Assembly (NCBI GenBank): GCA_037445715.1
Contig: JBBIJZ010000001.1
Coordinates: forward strand, 34,364 to 98,363
Length of the DNA stretch: 64,000 nt
Reading direction: 5' to 3'
From: Verrucomicrobiales bacterium
Lineage (GTDB): Bacteria; Verrucomicrobiota; Verrucomicrobiia; Limisphaerales; J093
In this document: positions 18,115-27,406 of the stretch, in pieces
How the letters are laid out: every line of letters starts with the position of its first letter
How positions within the stretch are numbered: the stretch's first letter is position 1
Program-made: the position numbers and the translations under genes
Notes under the pieces: model-generated
Database searches by the model: none
The model's input: the letters and a program-made list of their open reading frames with translations, nothing else
What the model was told of the DNA's origin: nothing

Positions 18115-19800
18115 ATGATTGAGCAAAAACGGCCGGAGCGAACCCGAAACGAGGTCCTCAAAGAAACCGTCCCCACGTTGGCGGGAACCATTGCCGCGAC
18201 GCTGGCCGACACCACCACGGACCATTTCACCCACGACGACTACGAGTTCCTCAAGTTCCACGGCGTTTACCAGCAGGACGACCGCGACCTGCGCAAGACG
18301 CAGAAGACGTGGATCATGATGGTGCGCAGCCGCATCCCGGGCGGGCTGATGACGGCGGCGCAGTGGCGGGTGTTTGACGAGCTGTCGAGCCATTATGGCA
18401 ACAACACGCTCCGCATTACCACCCGCCAGACCATCCAGTTCCACGGCGTGCTCAAGGCCAACCTGCGCGCGGTGGTCAAGGGCATCAACGACGCGCTGCT
18501 TTCGACGCTGGCGGCCTGCGGCGACGTGAACCGCAACGTGGTTTGCTCGCCCACGCCGGCCCAGACCCGGGCGCACGCCGCGGTCCAGGAGGATTGCCGG
18601 CGGGTCGCGCAGGCCCTGGCGCCGCGCACGCCCGCCTACCATGCCATCTGGATTGACGGGGTGCAGTTGAACCTCGAGGACGAGGCGAACAAGAACTTTA
18701 CCGACCCGCTCTATGGCCGGAGCTATCTGCCCCGGAAGTTCAAGACCGCCTTTGCCATTCCGCCGGTCAACGACGTGGACCTCTTCACCAACGACCAAGG
18801 CTACATCGCCATCCTCGAAGCCGACCAGCTCGTGGGCTACAACCTGGCGGTGGGCGGCGGCATGGGCCGCAGCCACGGTAACGAGGCCACCTATCCGCGC
18901 CTGGCTGATGTGATCGGTTTTTTGCCGCGCGAACGGCTGCTCGACGCGGCCAAGGCGGTGCTCACGATTCACCGCGATTTCGGCGACCGGACCGACCGCA
19001 AACACGCCCGGCTCAAATACGTCGTGGCCGAGCGCGGGGTGGCCTGGGTGCGGGCGGAATTCGAGCGGCGCGCCGGGTTCACGCTCGAGCCGCCGCGGCC
19101 GTTCCAGTTCACCTCCACGGGCGACCTCTACGGCTGGCATCAGGCGGTGGACGGCTCGTGGTTCTTGACGCTTTACGTCGAGACCGGCCGGGTCAAGGAC
19201 GTGGAAGGCCGCCGACTCAAGACCGCGTTGCGCGAGCTGGCGGAAAAGTTCCCCGCGCTGGAATTCCGGCTGACGCCCAATCAAAACGTGATCCTGGCCG
19301 CCGCGGCCGAGGCGGACCAACCGGCCATCACCGCGCTGCTGGCCGCGCACGGGGTCCAGACCGAGAACCAGACCAGCGTGCTGCGCGCGGCCGCGATGGC
19401 CTGCCCGGCCCTGCCCACGTGCGGCCTGGCCCTGGCCGAGTCGGAGCGGATGTTCCCGGGCCTGTTGGACCGGCTGGAAGCGCTCTGCGCCGAGGTCGGG
19501 CTGGACGGCGAGGAAATCATCATCCGCTCGACCGGTTGCCCGAACGGCTGCGCCCGGCCCTACATGGCGGAACTGGCCTTCGTCGGCAAGGCGCCGGGCC
19601 GTTACCAAATCTGGGTCGGCGGCAACGTCGCCGGGACCCGGCTCAACCGCGTCTGGAAAGACACCGTGAAGGAAAGCGACCTCGAGGCCGAACTGCGGCC
19701 GGTGCTCGCCCGCTACGCGCGGGAACGCCAGCACGGCGAGCGTTTCGGCGATTGGGCCGTGCGCGTGCTCTGGCCGGAGATGGAAGCCGTGCCGGCCTGA
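18115..19800 (+). CDS. cysI: Assimilatory sulfite reductase hemoprotein (CysI/Sir family, siroheme-[4Fe-4S])
   Basis: FLKFHGVYQQDDRD, RITTRQTIQFHGV, cluster cysteines ACPALPTCGLALAESER and STGCPNGCARPYMAE. Confidence 0.9.
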   Translation: MIEQKRPERTRNEVLKETVPTLAGTIAATLADTTTDHFTHDDYEFLKFHGVYQQDDRDLRKTQKTWIMMVRSRIPGGLMTAAQWRVFDELSSHYGNNTLRITTRQTIQFHGVLKANLRAVVKGINDALLSTLAACGDVNRNVVCSPTPAQTRAHAAVQEDCRRVAQALAPRTPAYHAIWIDGVQLNLEDEANKNFTDPLYGRSYLPRKFKTAFAIPPVNDVDLFTNDQGYIAILEADQLVGYNLAVGGGMGRSHGNEATYPRLADVIGFLPRERLLDAAKAVLTIHRDFGDRTDRKHARLKYVVAERGVAWVRAEFERRAGFTLEPPRPFQFTSTGDLYGWHQAVDGSWFLTLYVETGRVKDVEGRRLKTALRELAEKFPALEFRLTPNQNVILAAAAEADQPAITALLAAHGVQTENQTSVLRAAAMACPALPTCGLALAESERMFPGLLDRLEALCAEVGLDGEEIIIRSTGCPNGCARPYMAELAFVGKAPGRYQIWVGGNVAGTRLNRVWKDTVKESDLEAELRPVLARYARERQHGERFGDWAVRVLWPEMEAVPA

Positions 19801-19838
19801 GCGAACGGGCGTGACGCAGCGGGGGGGATTCAAGGTCT

Positions 19839-20513
19839 TTGCTTCCCATGACTGCCGAAGAAATTGCCGCGGCGAACGCGGCGTTGCGCGACCGGACGCC
19901 CCTGGAAATTGTGCAATGGGCGCTCGGGCTGGCGGAAGGCCGCGCGATGGTGTCCACGAATTTCCGGCCCTACGAGGCGGTGTTGTTGCATCTGGTCACC
20001 CGGGTGCAGCCGGGCCTGCCGGTGCTCTGGGCCGATCACGGTTACAACCGCCCGGCGACCTACCGGCACGCTGAGCAGTTGAGGCAACGGCTGCACCTGA
20101 ACCTGAAGGTGTATGTGCCCCGCATGACCGCCGCGCATTACGATGCGCTGTACGGCGGACCGCCGGCGCCGACGCCCGAAAACGAGGAGCAAATCAAGAG
20201 GTTCAGCGCGCTGATGAAGCTCGAACCCTTTCAGCGTGGGATGCGCGAGCTGGCCCCGAAGGTCTGGTTCACCGCCCTGCGTCGCGTGCAGAATCCGCAC
20301 CGCGCCGGCCTGGACATCATCGTGCGGGACGAGAACTTCGGGACGCTCAAGGTCAATCCGGTTTTTTACTGGAGCGACGCCCAGATGGAGGCGTATCTGA
20401 CCGAGCACGACCTGCCCAACGAGTGGGACTATTTCGACCCGGCCAAGGCCGACGAGAAACGCGAGTGCGGGTTGCACGTGGCCTGGGGCGCGGCGGCTGT
20501 GGCCGAAAAATAA
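19839..20513 (+). CDS. cysH: Phosphoadenosine phosphosulfate (PAPS) reductase-type CysH
   Basis: Co-linear with the E. coli CysH pattern as recalled (LNLKVY, WFTALRR.Q, C-terminal ECGLH). Lacks the CC...CxxC Fe-S motif of APS reductases. Confidence 0.85.
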   Translation: MLPMTAEEIAAANAALRDRTPLEIVQWALGLAEGRAMVSTNFRPYEAVLLHLVTRVQPGLPVLWADHGYNRPATYRHAEQLRQRLHLNLKVYVPRMTAAHYDALYGGPPAPTPENEEQIKRFSALMKLEPFQRGMRELAPKVWFTALRRVQNPHRAGLDIIVRDENFGTLKVNPVFYWSDAQMEAYLTEHDLPNEWDYFDPAKADEKRECGLHVAWGAAAVAEK

Positions 20514-20543
20514 TCCGTGTTGGCCCGCGCGCTGAGTCCGGCA

Positions 20544-21458
20544 ATGGCTACACCGATGACCTCGTATCATCTGGATCACCTTCAGTACCTCGAGAGCGAA
20601 GCCATCCACGTCATGCGTGAGGTGGCGGCGGAGTTCGAGCGTCCGGCGATTTTGTTCTCCGGCGGCAAGGACTCGATCTGCCTGTTGCGCCTGGCGGAAA
20701 AGGCATTTCGGCCCGCGGAAATCCCGATGCCGCTGCTGAACATAGACACCGGCCACCACTTCCCCGAGTTGAACGAGTTCCGCGACCGCCGCGCCGCCGA
20801 GCTCGGTGCCCGCCTCATCGTCCGCAAGGTCGAGGAGGCCATCGCCCGCGGCATTGCCGTGCCCACTCCCGGAGAGGTCAGCCGCAACCGGCTCCAAATC
20901 CCCACCCTGCTGGCTGCCATCGAGGAGTTCCGCTTCGACGCCTGCATTGGCGGGGCGCGGCGCGACGAGGAAAAGGCCCGCGCCAAGGAGCGTTTCTTCA
21001 GCTTCCGCGACGCCTTCGGCCAGTGGGACCCCAAGAACCAGCGCCCGGAGCTTTGGAACCTGTACAACGCCCGCGTCAACCCCGGCGAGCACATGCGGGT
21101 CTTCCCGCTCTCGAACTGGACCGAAATGGACGTCTGGGAATACATCAAGCGCGAGCGGCTGGAGGTGCCCAGCATCTACTTCAGCCACCGGCGCCGCTGC
21201 GTCCGGCGCAACGGCCAGTGGCTGCCGGTCACCGACCTGCTCCCGCCCCGGCCCGGCGAGGAGGTGCGCGAACTGGTCGTGCGCGTCCGCACCATCGGCG
21301 ACATCATCAGCACCGGCCTGGTCGAGAGCCGGGCCGACAGCGTGGACGACATCATCGCCGAAATCGCCGCCGCCCGGGTGACCGAGCGCGGTTCCCGGGC
21401 CGACGACAAGACCAGCGAGGCCGCGATGGAGGACCGTAAGAAGGCCGGGTACTTCTGA
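20544..21458 (+). CDS. cysD: Sulfate adenylyltransferase subunit 2
   Basis: LESEAIHVMREVAAEFERPAILFSGGKDSICLLRLA (PP-loop SGGKDS), FPLSNWTEMDVWEYI, C-terminal KKAGYF. Confidence 0.95.
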   Translation: MATPMTSYHLDHLQYLESEAIHVMREVAAEFERPAILFSGGKDSICLLRLAEKAFRPAEIPMPLLNIDTGHHFPELNEFRDRRAAELGARLIVRKVEEAIARGIAVPTPGEVSRNRLQIPTLLAAIEEFRFDACIGGARRDEEKARAKERFFSFRDAFGQWDPKNQRPELWNLYNARVNPGEHMRVFPLSNWTEMDVWEYIKRERLEVPSIYFSHRRRCVRRNGQWLPVTDLLPPRPGEEVRELVVRVRTIGDIISTGLVESRADSVDDIIAEIAAARVTERGSRADDKTSEAAMEDRKKAGYF

Positions 21459-21515
21459 GCCGTCGCGTTTTACCTTGCCGAGCTGCCGGCAACATCCGAT
21501 GATCACAACCAACCC

Positions 21516-22970
21516 ATGAAACCCGCCTCCAAACGCCTCGGATGCATCGCCGCCGTCTGGTTCCTCGGGGCGCCGCTGCATGCCAACGCCGTGCTCGAGT
21601 GGAACGCGCTCATGATGCAGGCCATCCGCGCCAGCAACACCGCGCCCACCCTCTCGACCCGTAACCTGGCCATTCTGCACCTGGCTTTCTACGACGCCGT
21701 CAATGCCCTCCACGGCGGTTTCCAGCCCTACCGGCTTCAGCCCGCGCCCCCCGCCGGGGCTTCCGACCTCGCAGCCGTGGCGGCCGCCGGCCGGGAAATC
21801 ATGCACGTGCTCTACCCCTCCTTTGATGCCCGCACCGAGGAGTTGTACGCCCTCCAGGCGCGGGCGTTTCCGCCCGGCCCCGCCGCCGAGGACGGTATCA
21901 CCGTGGGGCTGACCGCCGCCCGCGGGCTCCTCGCCGAGCGCAGCGCCGACGGCTCGAACACCCAGGTGCCCTACATCCCCAGCAGCGAGCCCGGGCAATG
22001 GCGCCGGACCCCGCCGTTCTTCCGCCCGCCGCTGGACCCGCACTGGCGGTACGTGAAGCTGTTTGCCCTCCCCGAGCTCGACCCCTTCGTGCCGCCGCCC
22101 CCGCCGGCGCTCGACAGCGAGGAGTACGCCCGCGATTTCAACGAGGTCAAACTCCTGGGCGCCCGCAACAGCCCCATCCGCACCGAGGAGCAGAGCCTCA
22201 TCGCCGTGTTCTGGTCGGACTTCAGCTACACGGCCATGCCGCCCGGGCACTGGCACGAAATCGCCGCCACCATTGCGGCACAGGCGCAACTGGGCCTGCC
22301 GGAAACGACCCGCCTGTTCGCGCTGCTGAGCCTGGCCCAGGCCGACGCCGCCATCGTCTGCTGGGAGGCCAAGTACCGCTACAACTTCTGGCGCCCGGTC
22401 ACCGCCATCCAGCGGGCCGACGAGGACGGCAACCCACTGACCGAGCCTGACCCCGCTTGGGACCACTACCTGGTCGCGCCCAACTTTCCCGAATACACCA
22501 GTGGCCACAGCACCTTCAGCAAGGCCAGCGCCGAGGTGTTGACCTGGTTTTTCGGTACCGACGCCATCACCTTCACCGCGATCTCGGACTCGGTGCCCGG
22601 CGTCACGCGCACCTACCACAGCCTGGCCGCCTGCGCGGACGAAGTGGGCATGAGCCGCATCTACGGCGGCATCCATTTCCAGTCGGCCAACCGTGAGGGC
22701 AAGCTCAGCGGCGCCCGGGTCGCCCGGCATGTCGTGGCCAATTACCTCCTGCCGGACGCCGCGCTGCCGCTGGTGCACATTGAACAACATTCCCCCGCCG
22801 GCACCCGCCTCCGCCTTCACGGTCACCTGGGCCGGACCTGTGTGCTGGAAGCTTCCACGGACATGCGGACCTGGTCGCCGCTCGCCACCAATGTGGTCGT
22901 CGCCGGCGGCTGCCGCGTCGAGGACCTCGCCGGCGGCCCGCACCGCTTTTACCGCGTCGTTGAATACTGA
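21516..22970 (+). CDS. Secreted PAP2-superfamily enzyme (vanadium-haloperoxidase / acid-phosphatase-like) with C-terminal 'RFYRV' beta-sandwich module
   Basis: Signal peptide MKPASKRLGCIAAVWFLGAPLHANA. The tripartite PAP2 motif is present: KYRYNFWRP, PEYTSGHS, SRIYGGIHFQSAN. Confidence 0.8.
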   Translation: MKPASKRLGCIAAVWFLGAPLHANAVLEWNALMMQAIRASNTAPTLSTRNLAILHLAFYDAVNALHGGFQPYRLQPAPPAGASDLAAVAAAGREIMHVLYPSFDARTEELYALQARAFPPGPAAEDGITVGLTAARGLLAERSADGSNTQVPYIPSSEPGQWRRTPPFFRPPLDPHWRYVKLFALPELDPFVPPPPPALDSEEYARDFNEVKLLGARNSPIRTEEQSLIAVFWSDFSYTAMPPGHWHEIAATIAAQAQLGLPETTRLFALLSLAQADAAIVCWEAKYRYNFWRPVTAIQRADEDGNPLTEPDPAWDHYLVAPNFPEYTSGHSTFSKASAEVLTWFFGTDAITFTAISDSVPGVTRTYHSLAACADEVGMSRIYGGIHFQSANREGKLSGARVARHVVANYLLPDAALPLVHIEQHSPAGTRLRLHGHLGRTCVLEASTDMRTWSPLATNVVVAGGCRVEDLAGGPHRFYRVVEY

Positions 22971-22975
22971 CCCCC

Positions 22976-24295
22976 ATGACGGCTGCTCCCCCGGTCGAAC
23001 TGCTCCGCTTCAACACCTGCGGCTCGGTGGACGACGGCAAGTCCACGCTCATCGGTCGCCTGCTGTATGACTCGAAGGCGCTGATGGAGGACCAACTGGA
23101 GGCGCTCGAACGCTCGGCGGACATCACCGGCGGCGGGCAGGTCAACCTGGCCAACCTCACCGACGGCCTGCGCGCCGAGCGCGAACAGGGCATCACCATT
23201 GACGTGGCGTACCGGTACTTCGCCACGCCGCGTCGCCGGTTCATCATCGCCGACACCCCCGGCCATGTGCAGTACACGCGCAACATGGCCACGGGGGCCT
23301 CGACCGCCAACCTCTCCGTGGTGCTGGTGGATGCGCGCAAGGGCGTGGTCGAGCAAAGCCGCCGGCACACGTTCATCGCCGCGTTGCTGGGCATCCCGCA
23401 CCTGGTCGTGGCGGTGAACAAGATGGATCTGGTGGACTGGTGCGAGGCGCGTTTCCTGGAAATTCGCTGCCAGTTCGAGGCCTTCCTCCCCCGGCTGGAT
23501 GTGTTGCAGGACGTGAAGTTCATCCCGATCAGCGCCCTGCATGGCGACAACGTGGTCGAGCCTTCCCGCCACACTCCCTGGTACGAGGGACCCACCCTCT
23601 TGGGGCACCTGGAGAGTGTGCACATCGCCAGCGACTATAACCTCGCCCAGTTCCGCTTCCCGGTGCAGTGGGTCAACCGGCCCGACCGGCCGCACGACCC
23701 CGCCCTGCACGACTTCCGCGGGTACAGCGGGCAGATCGCCGGCGGCATCGTCCGGGCGGGGCAGAGGGTGATCCTGCTGCCCGCCGGCCTGCGGACCACG
23801 GTGGCGGAAATCTGGACCTTCGACGGCGTTTTGAGCGAGGCGTTTTGTCCCCAAAGCGTCACCCTGCGACTGGCCGACCCGGTGGATTGCAGCCGCGGCG
23901 ACATGATTGTGGGCACGGAAAATCTGCCGGGGTGCAGCGCGGAACTGGAGGCGCGCGTGGTCTGGATGCACCCGCGGCCGTTGACGGCCGGGCGCAAGTT
24001 TTACTTCAAGCATACCACGGCCAACTGCCGGGCGGTGGTTACTGCGCTCGAAAACCGGATCAGCCTGGACACGCTCGAGCCGGAGCCCGAGCCGCCGGCC
24101 CAACTGGGCTTGAACGACATCGGCCGCATCCGGTTGCGCACCTCCCGGCCGCTGGTCTTCGACAGCTACCGCGTCAACCGGCTCACCGGCTCGTTTATCC
24201 TCATCGAGGAGGGCACCAATCACACCGTGGGGGCAGGGATGCTGGAGCCGCCGCGGGAGGTGTGGAAACCCGAGTTCGAGGACTTCGTCATCTGA
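22976..24295 (+). CDS. cysN: Sulfate adenylyltransferase subunit 1 (GTPase), without a fused APS-kinase domain
   Basis: LRFNTCGSVDDGKSTLIGRLL (G1), DTPGH, NKMDLV. The 439-aa length leaves no room for a CysC domain. Confidence 0.95.
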   Translation: MTAAPPVELLRFNTCGSVDDGKSTLIGRLLYDSKALMEDQLEALERSADITGGGQVNLANLTDGLRAEREQGITIDVAYRYFATPRRRFIIADTPGHVQYTRNMATGASTANLSVVLVDARKGVVEQSRRHTFIAALLGIPHLVVAVNKMDLVDWCEARFLEIRCQFEAFLPRLDVLQDVKFIPISALHGDNVVEPSRHTPWYEGPTLLGHLESVHIASDYNLAQFRFPVQWVNRPDRPHDPALHDFRGYSGQIAGGIVRAGQRVILLPAGLRTTVAEIWTFDGVLSEAFCPQSVTLRLADPVDCSRGDMIVGTENLPGCSAELEARVVWMHPRPLTAGRKFYFKHTTANCRAVVTALENRISLDTLEPEPEPPAQLGLNDIGRIRLRTSRPLVFDSYRVNRLTGSFILIEEGTNHTVGAGMLEPPREVWKPEFEDFVI

Positions 24296-24398
24296 CCCCG
24301 GGGTACCGCAGGCGCGGGCCCGCCGTACTGGGCGGGAATTGTTGGGGCGAGGTACCCCTGCCGGTGGCGCGATGTGGCGGGAGTGCCCGGCCGACTGC

Positions 24399-24752
24399 TC
24401 AGGCGCGGAGAATCTTTGCCATCGGCCGGCCCTTGGCCAGCTCGTCCACCAGCTTGTCCAGGTAACGGATTTCCCGCATCAGCGGGTCGGCCACTTCTTC
24501 GACCCGCACTCCGCACACCACCCCCTTGATCAGGGCGCGGGCGGAGTTGGGTTTGGGGGCCTCCTTGAAGAACGTTTCGCAGTCTTTCTGCGCCTTCAAC
24601 TGTGCCTCCAACTGCGCCGGGCTGTACCCGGTCAGCCAGCAGATGATGGCATCCACCTCCGCCTTGGTGCGCCCCTTTCGTTCCGCCTTCGCGACGTAGT
24701 GGGGATACACGCTCGCAAAACTGGTCGTAAAAATGCGGTGTTTGGTGGTCAC
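24399..24752 (-). CDS. DUF2200-family small protein
   Basis: [43 protein letters not shown] matches my recollection of the DUF2200 family pattern. Confidence 0.65.
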   Translation of the reverse strand: MTTKHRIFTTSFASVYPHYVAKAERKGRTKAEVDAIICWLTGYSPAQLEAQLKAQKDCETFFKEAPKPNSARALIKGVVCGVRVEEVADPLMREIRYLDKLVDELAKGRPMAKILRA

Positions 24753-25001
24753 GGGACCAAGGTGCCTGGCAAGGGCAAGACCTGCATGAGTTGACCCCGG
24801 GCCGGAGCCGCTGACAAGGCGAGATTACCCTCGGCGTCTTTTTCCCGTGAGGCAACGGGGCCAACAACGGGTTGGGTGGCGGCAGGGCTTCCTTGCCTCC
24901 CGGGAAATAATGCTCGGCGTGCCCGGTACCGGCCCCGGACTTGCCTGAGCGGGGGAATCCCTTATCTTGGCGGCACTGTCGGCTGCGGCCGCAGACCTGT
25001 T

Positions 25002-27374
25002 GTGAACACGTTGAAATCTCCCCGTTCCCCGCACTGGCCGTGGCTCCGGCCCGGTGTCCCGACCTGGCTGGGGCTGAGCCTGCTGGTGTTCTTGCATGCG
25101 GATGTCGCGCCGCCGGAAACCCCGCCGGCCGAGGCCCCCGCGCCCAAGGTGGCCCAGTCCGAACCGGTCGGCGATCCCCTGCGGGACCTCATCACCTTCA
25201 CCACCAAGTACGACCAGGTGGTGCCGTTGCTGCCGGGGGCGTACGACGCGGACATCACCCGCCTGACCGTGCGCATCCTCGAGAACATGCACTACTCGCG
25301 CCATCCGCTGGACGCCGAGTACGCCGAGCGGTTCTTCAACCGTTACCTCGAGATGCTCGACCCGCAGCATTTTCACTTCACGCAGGAAGACCTCAAGGAA
25401 TTCGGGAAATACCGGGAGCGCCTGGCGGAACTGACCTTGCGCCAGGGGGACACCCGCCCGGCCAACGAAATCTTCGCCCGGTATCTGCAACGTGTGGACC
25501 AGCGCGCCACGTGGGTGGCCCAATTGTTGCAGGCCGGCGAGTTTGACTTCTCCGGGGACGACCGCTACACGCCCAACCGCAAGGACGCGCCCTGGCCGGA
25601 AAACCTCGAAGCCGCGCAGGCCCTGTGGCGGCAGCACCTGCGCCACGAATACCTGCTGGAGCTGCTCAACAAGCAGAAGTCCGAGGAAATCGTGAAAAAG
25701 CTGGCCCTGCGTTACAAGCGACTGCTCCGGGCGCTGGGCGAGTTTGACCGGGAAGACATCCTCCAGTTTTACCTCTCGGCCCTGGCCAACGCCTACGACC
25801 CGCACTCGGATTACATGGGCAAGGCCCAGCTCGACAATTTCGCCATCAGCATGCGGCTCTCGCTGTTCGGCATCGGCGCACTGCTGCGCTCCGAGGATGG
25901 CTACTGCACCATCGAAAGCCTCACCCCGGGCGGCCCGGCCGCCCGCAGCAAGAAGCTCAAACCCAAGGACCGCATCATCGCGGTGCAGCAGGCCGGTGGC
26001 GAACCGGTGGACGTGGTGGACATGAAGTTGTCCAAAGTGGTCGAGATGATCCGGGGCCCGAAAAACACCGAAGTGACCCTGACCATCATCCCCGCCGACG
26101 CCGCTGACTCGTCCGAGCGGCGCACCGTCACCCTCGTGCGCGACGAGATCAAGCTCGAAGACCAGGCGGCCAAGGCGCGCCTGTTCGAGATTCCCAACGG
26201 TGAGGGCACGCCCGTGCGGGTGGGGGTGATTGACCTGCCGTCCTTTTACGCCAGCTTTGAACTGGGCAAGACCGGGGAGAAAACCGAGCCGCGCAGTACC
26301 ACCGCGGACGTGTCCCGCCTGATTCGGAAGCTCGAGGCCGAAGGTATCGCGGGGCTCATCCTGGACCTGCGCCGCAACGGCGGGGGCTCCCTCGAAGAGG
26401 CCATCAAGTTGACGGGCCTGTTCATCCGCGAAGGCCCGGTCGTGCAGGTGCGCGACGCCAACGGCGAAATCAACGTTGAGCGGGACACCGATCCCGAAGT
26501 GGTGTACGACGGTCCGTTGGTGGTGATGACCAGCCGGTTCAGTGCCTCGGCCTCCGAGATTTTGGCGGCGGCCTTGCAGGACTACGACCGGGCCCTGGTG
26601 GTGGGGGACAAGTCCACCCACGGCAAGGGCACGGTGCAGACCATTTATGAACTGGGGCGCTTTACACGGCGTTTCCCGGAAAGCGTCAACCCCGGGGCCC
26701 TCAAGGTGACCATCCGCAAATTCTATCGGGCCAACGGGGCTTCGACCCAGCTCCGCGGGGTTACCCCCGATATCGTCTTACCGTCGGTCAACAACGAGAT
26801 GGACGTGGGCGAAGGGTCCCAGCCGTACGCGCTGGCCTGGGATTCGATCCGGGCTGCGAAGTTTGACCGGTTGGGGCGGGTAGAGCCGCATTTGCCCGAG
26901 CTCCGGCGTCGGGCCGAGTCCCGCGTGGCGACCGACCCGGATTGGGATTACATCCGCGAGGACATCCAAACCTATCTCAAGGCGCAGGCCGACAAGAGCA
27001 TTTCGCTCAATTTGGAAAAGCGCCTCAAGGAACGCGAGGAGGCGGAGGTCCGCAACAAGGCCCGCAAACGCGACCAGGCCGCACGTGCCAACGGCCAGGA
27101 GAAAATTTATGAAATCACCTTGAGCCTGGCGAGTCAGCCCGGACTGCCGCCGCCGTTGGGCAGCACCAACGCGCCGCCGGCGAGCGTCGAAACAGACCCC
27201 AAGGCTGTGGCGGCGGCTGTTACCGGCTCCGCCGAGGAGGCCGACGAGGAGGAGGCGTCGGACAAATTGGCCAACCACGACGTGGCACTGCGGGAAGCCA
27301 AGCGCATTCTGTTGGACCTGATCGAGTTATCCCGAGTCACTGCCCCGCAACCGCCCGTGGCAGCCACGCGGTAG
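25002..27374 (+). CDS. S41-family carboxy-terminal processing (tail-specific) protease with PDZ domain
   Basis: Tail-specific-protease N-domain (HYSRHPLD, FLEMLDPQHFHFTQED), a PDZ-like segment, catalytic region NGGGSLEEA...SASASEI...HGKGTVQ. The start is uncertain: GTG 25002 precedes the hydrophobic leader, and the track ORF opens at 24876. Confidence 0.85.
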   Translation: MNTLKSPRSPHWPWLRPGVPTWLGLSLLVFLHADVAPPETPPAEAPAPKVAQSEPVGDPLRDLITFTTKYDQVVPLLPGAYDADITRLTVRILENMHYSRHPLDAEYAERFFNRYLEMLDPQHFHFTQEDLKEFGKYRERLAELTLRQGDTRPANEIFARYLQRVDQRATWVAQLLQAGEFDFSGDDRYTPNRKDAPWPENLEAAQALWRQHLRHEYLLELLNKQKSEEIVKKLALRYKRLLRALGEFDREDILQFYLSALANAYDPHSDYMGKAQLDNFAISMRLSLFGIGALLRSEDGYCTIESLTPGGPAARSKKLKPKDRIIAVQQAGGEPVDVVDMKLSKVVEMIRGPKNTEVTLTIIPADAADSSERRTVTLVRDEIKLEDQAAKARLFEIPNGEGTPVRVGVIDLPSFYASFELGKTGEKTEPRSTTADVSRLIRKLEAEGIAGLILDLRRNGGGSLEEAIKLTGLFIREGPVVQVRDANGEINVERDTDPEVVYDGPLVVMTSRFSASASEILAAALQDYDRALVVGDKSTHGKGTVQTIYELGRFTRRFPESVNPGALKVTIRKFYRANGASTQLRGVTPDIVLPSVNNEMDVGEGSQPYALAWDSIRAAKFDRLGRVEPHLPELRRRAESRVATDPDWDYIREDIQTYLKAQADKSISLNLEKRLKEREEAEVRNKARKRDQAARANGQEKIYEITLSLASQPGLPPPLGSTNAPPASVETDPKAVAAAVTGSAEEADEEEASDKLANHDVALREAKRILLDLIELSRVTAPQPPVAATR

Positions 27375-27406
27375 ATTGAGTTGAGGCGTAGTCAGTGGAG
27401 TGGTTT

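Noticed and set aside
19830-22943. A 1037-aa minus-strand ORF across cysH, cysD and the PAP2 gene. Similar long ORFs occur at 22949-24223 (-), 24825-26621 (-), 48193-51015 (-) and 52065-54560 (+).
   Set aside because: All are antisense to genes with diagnostic motifs, and none has motifs of its own.
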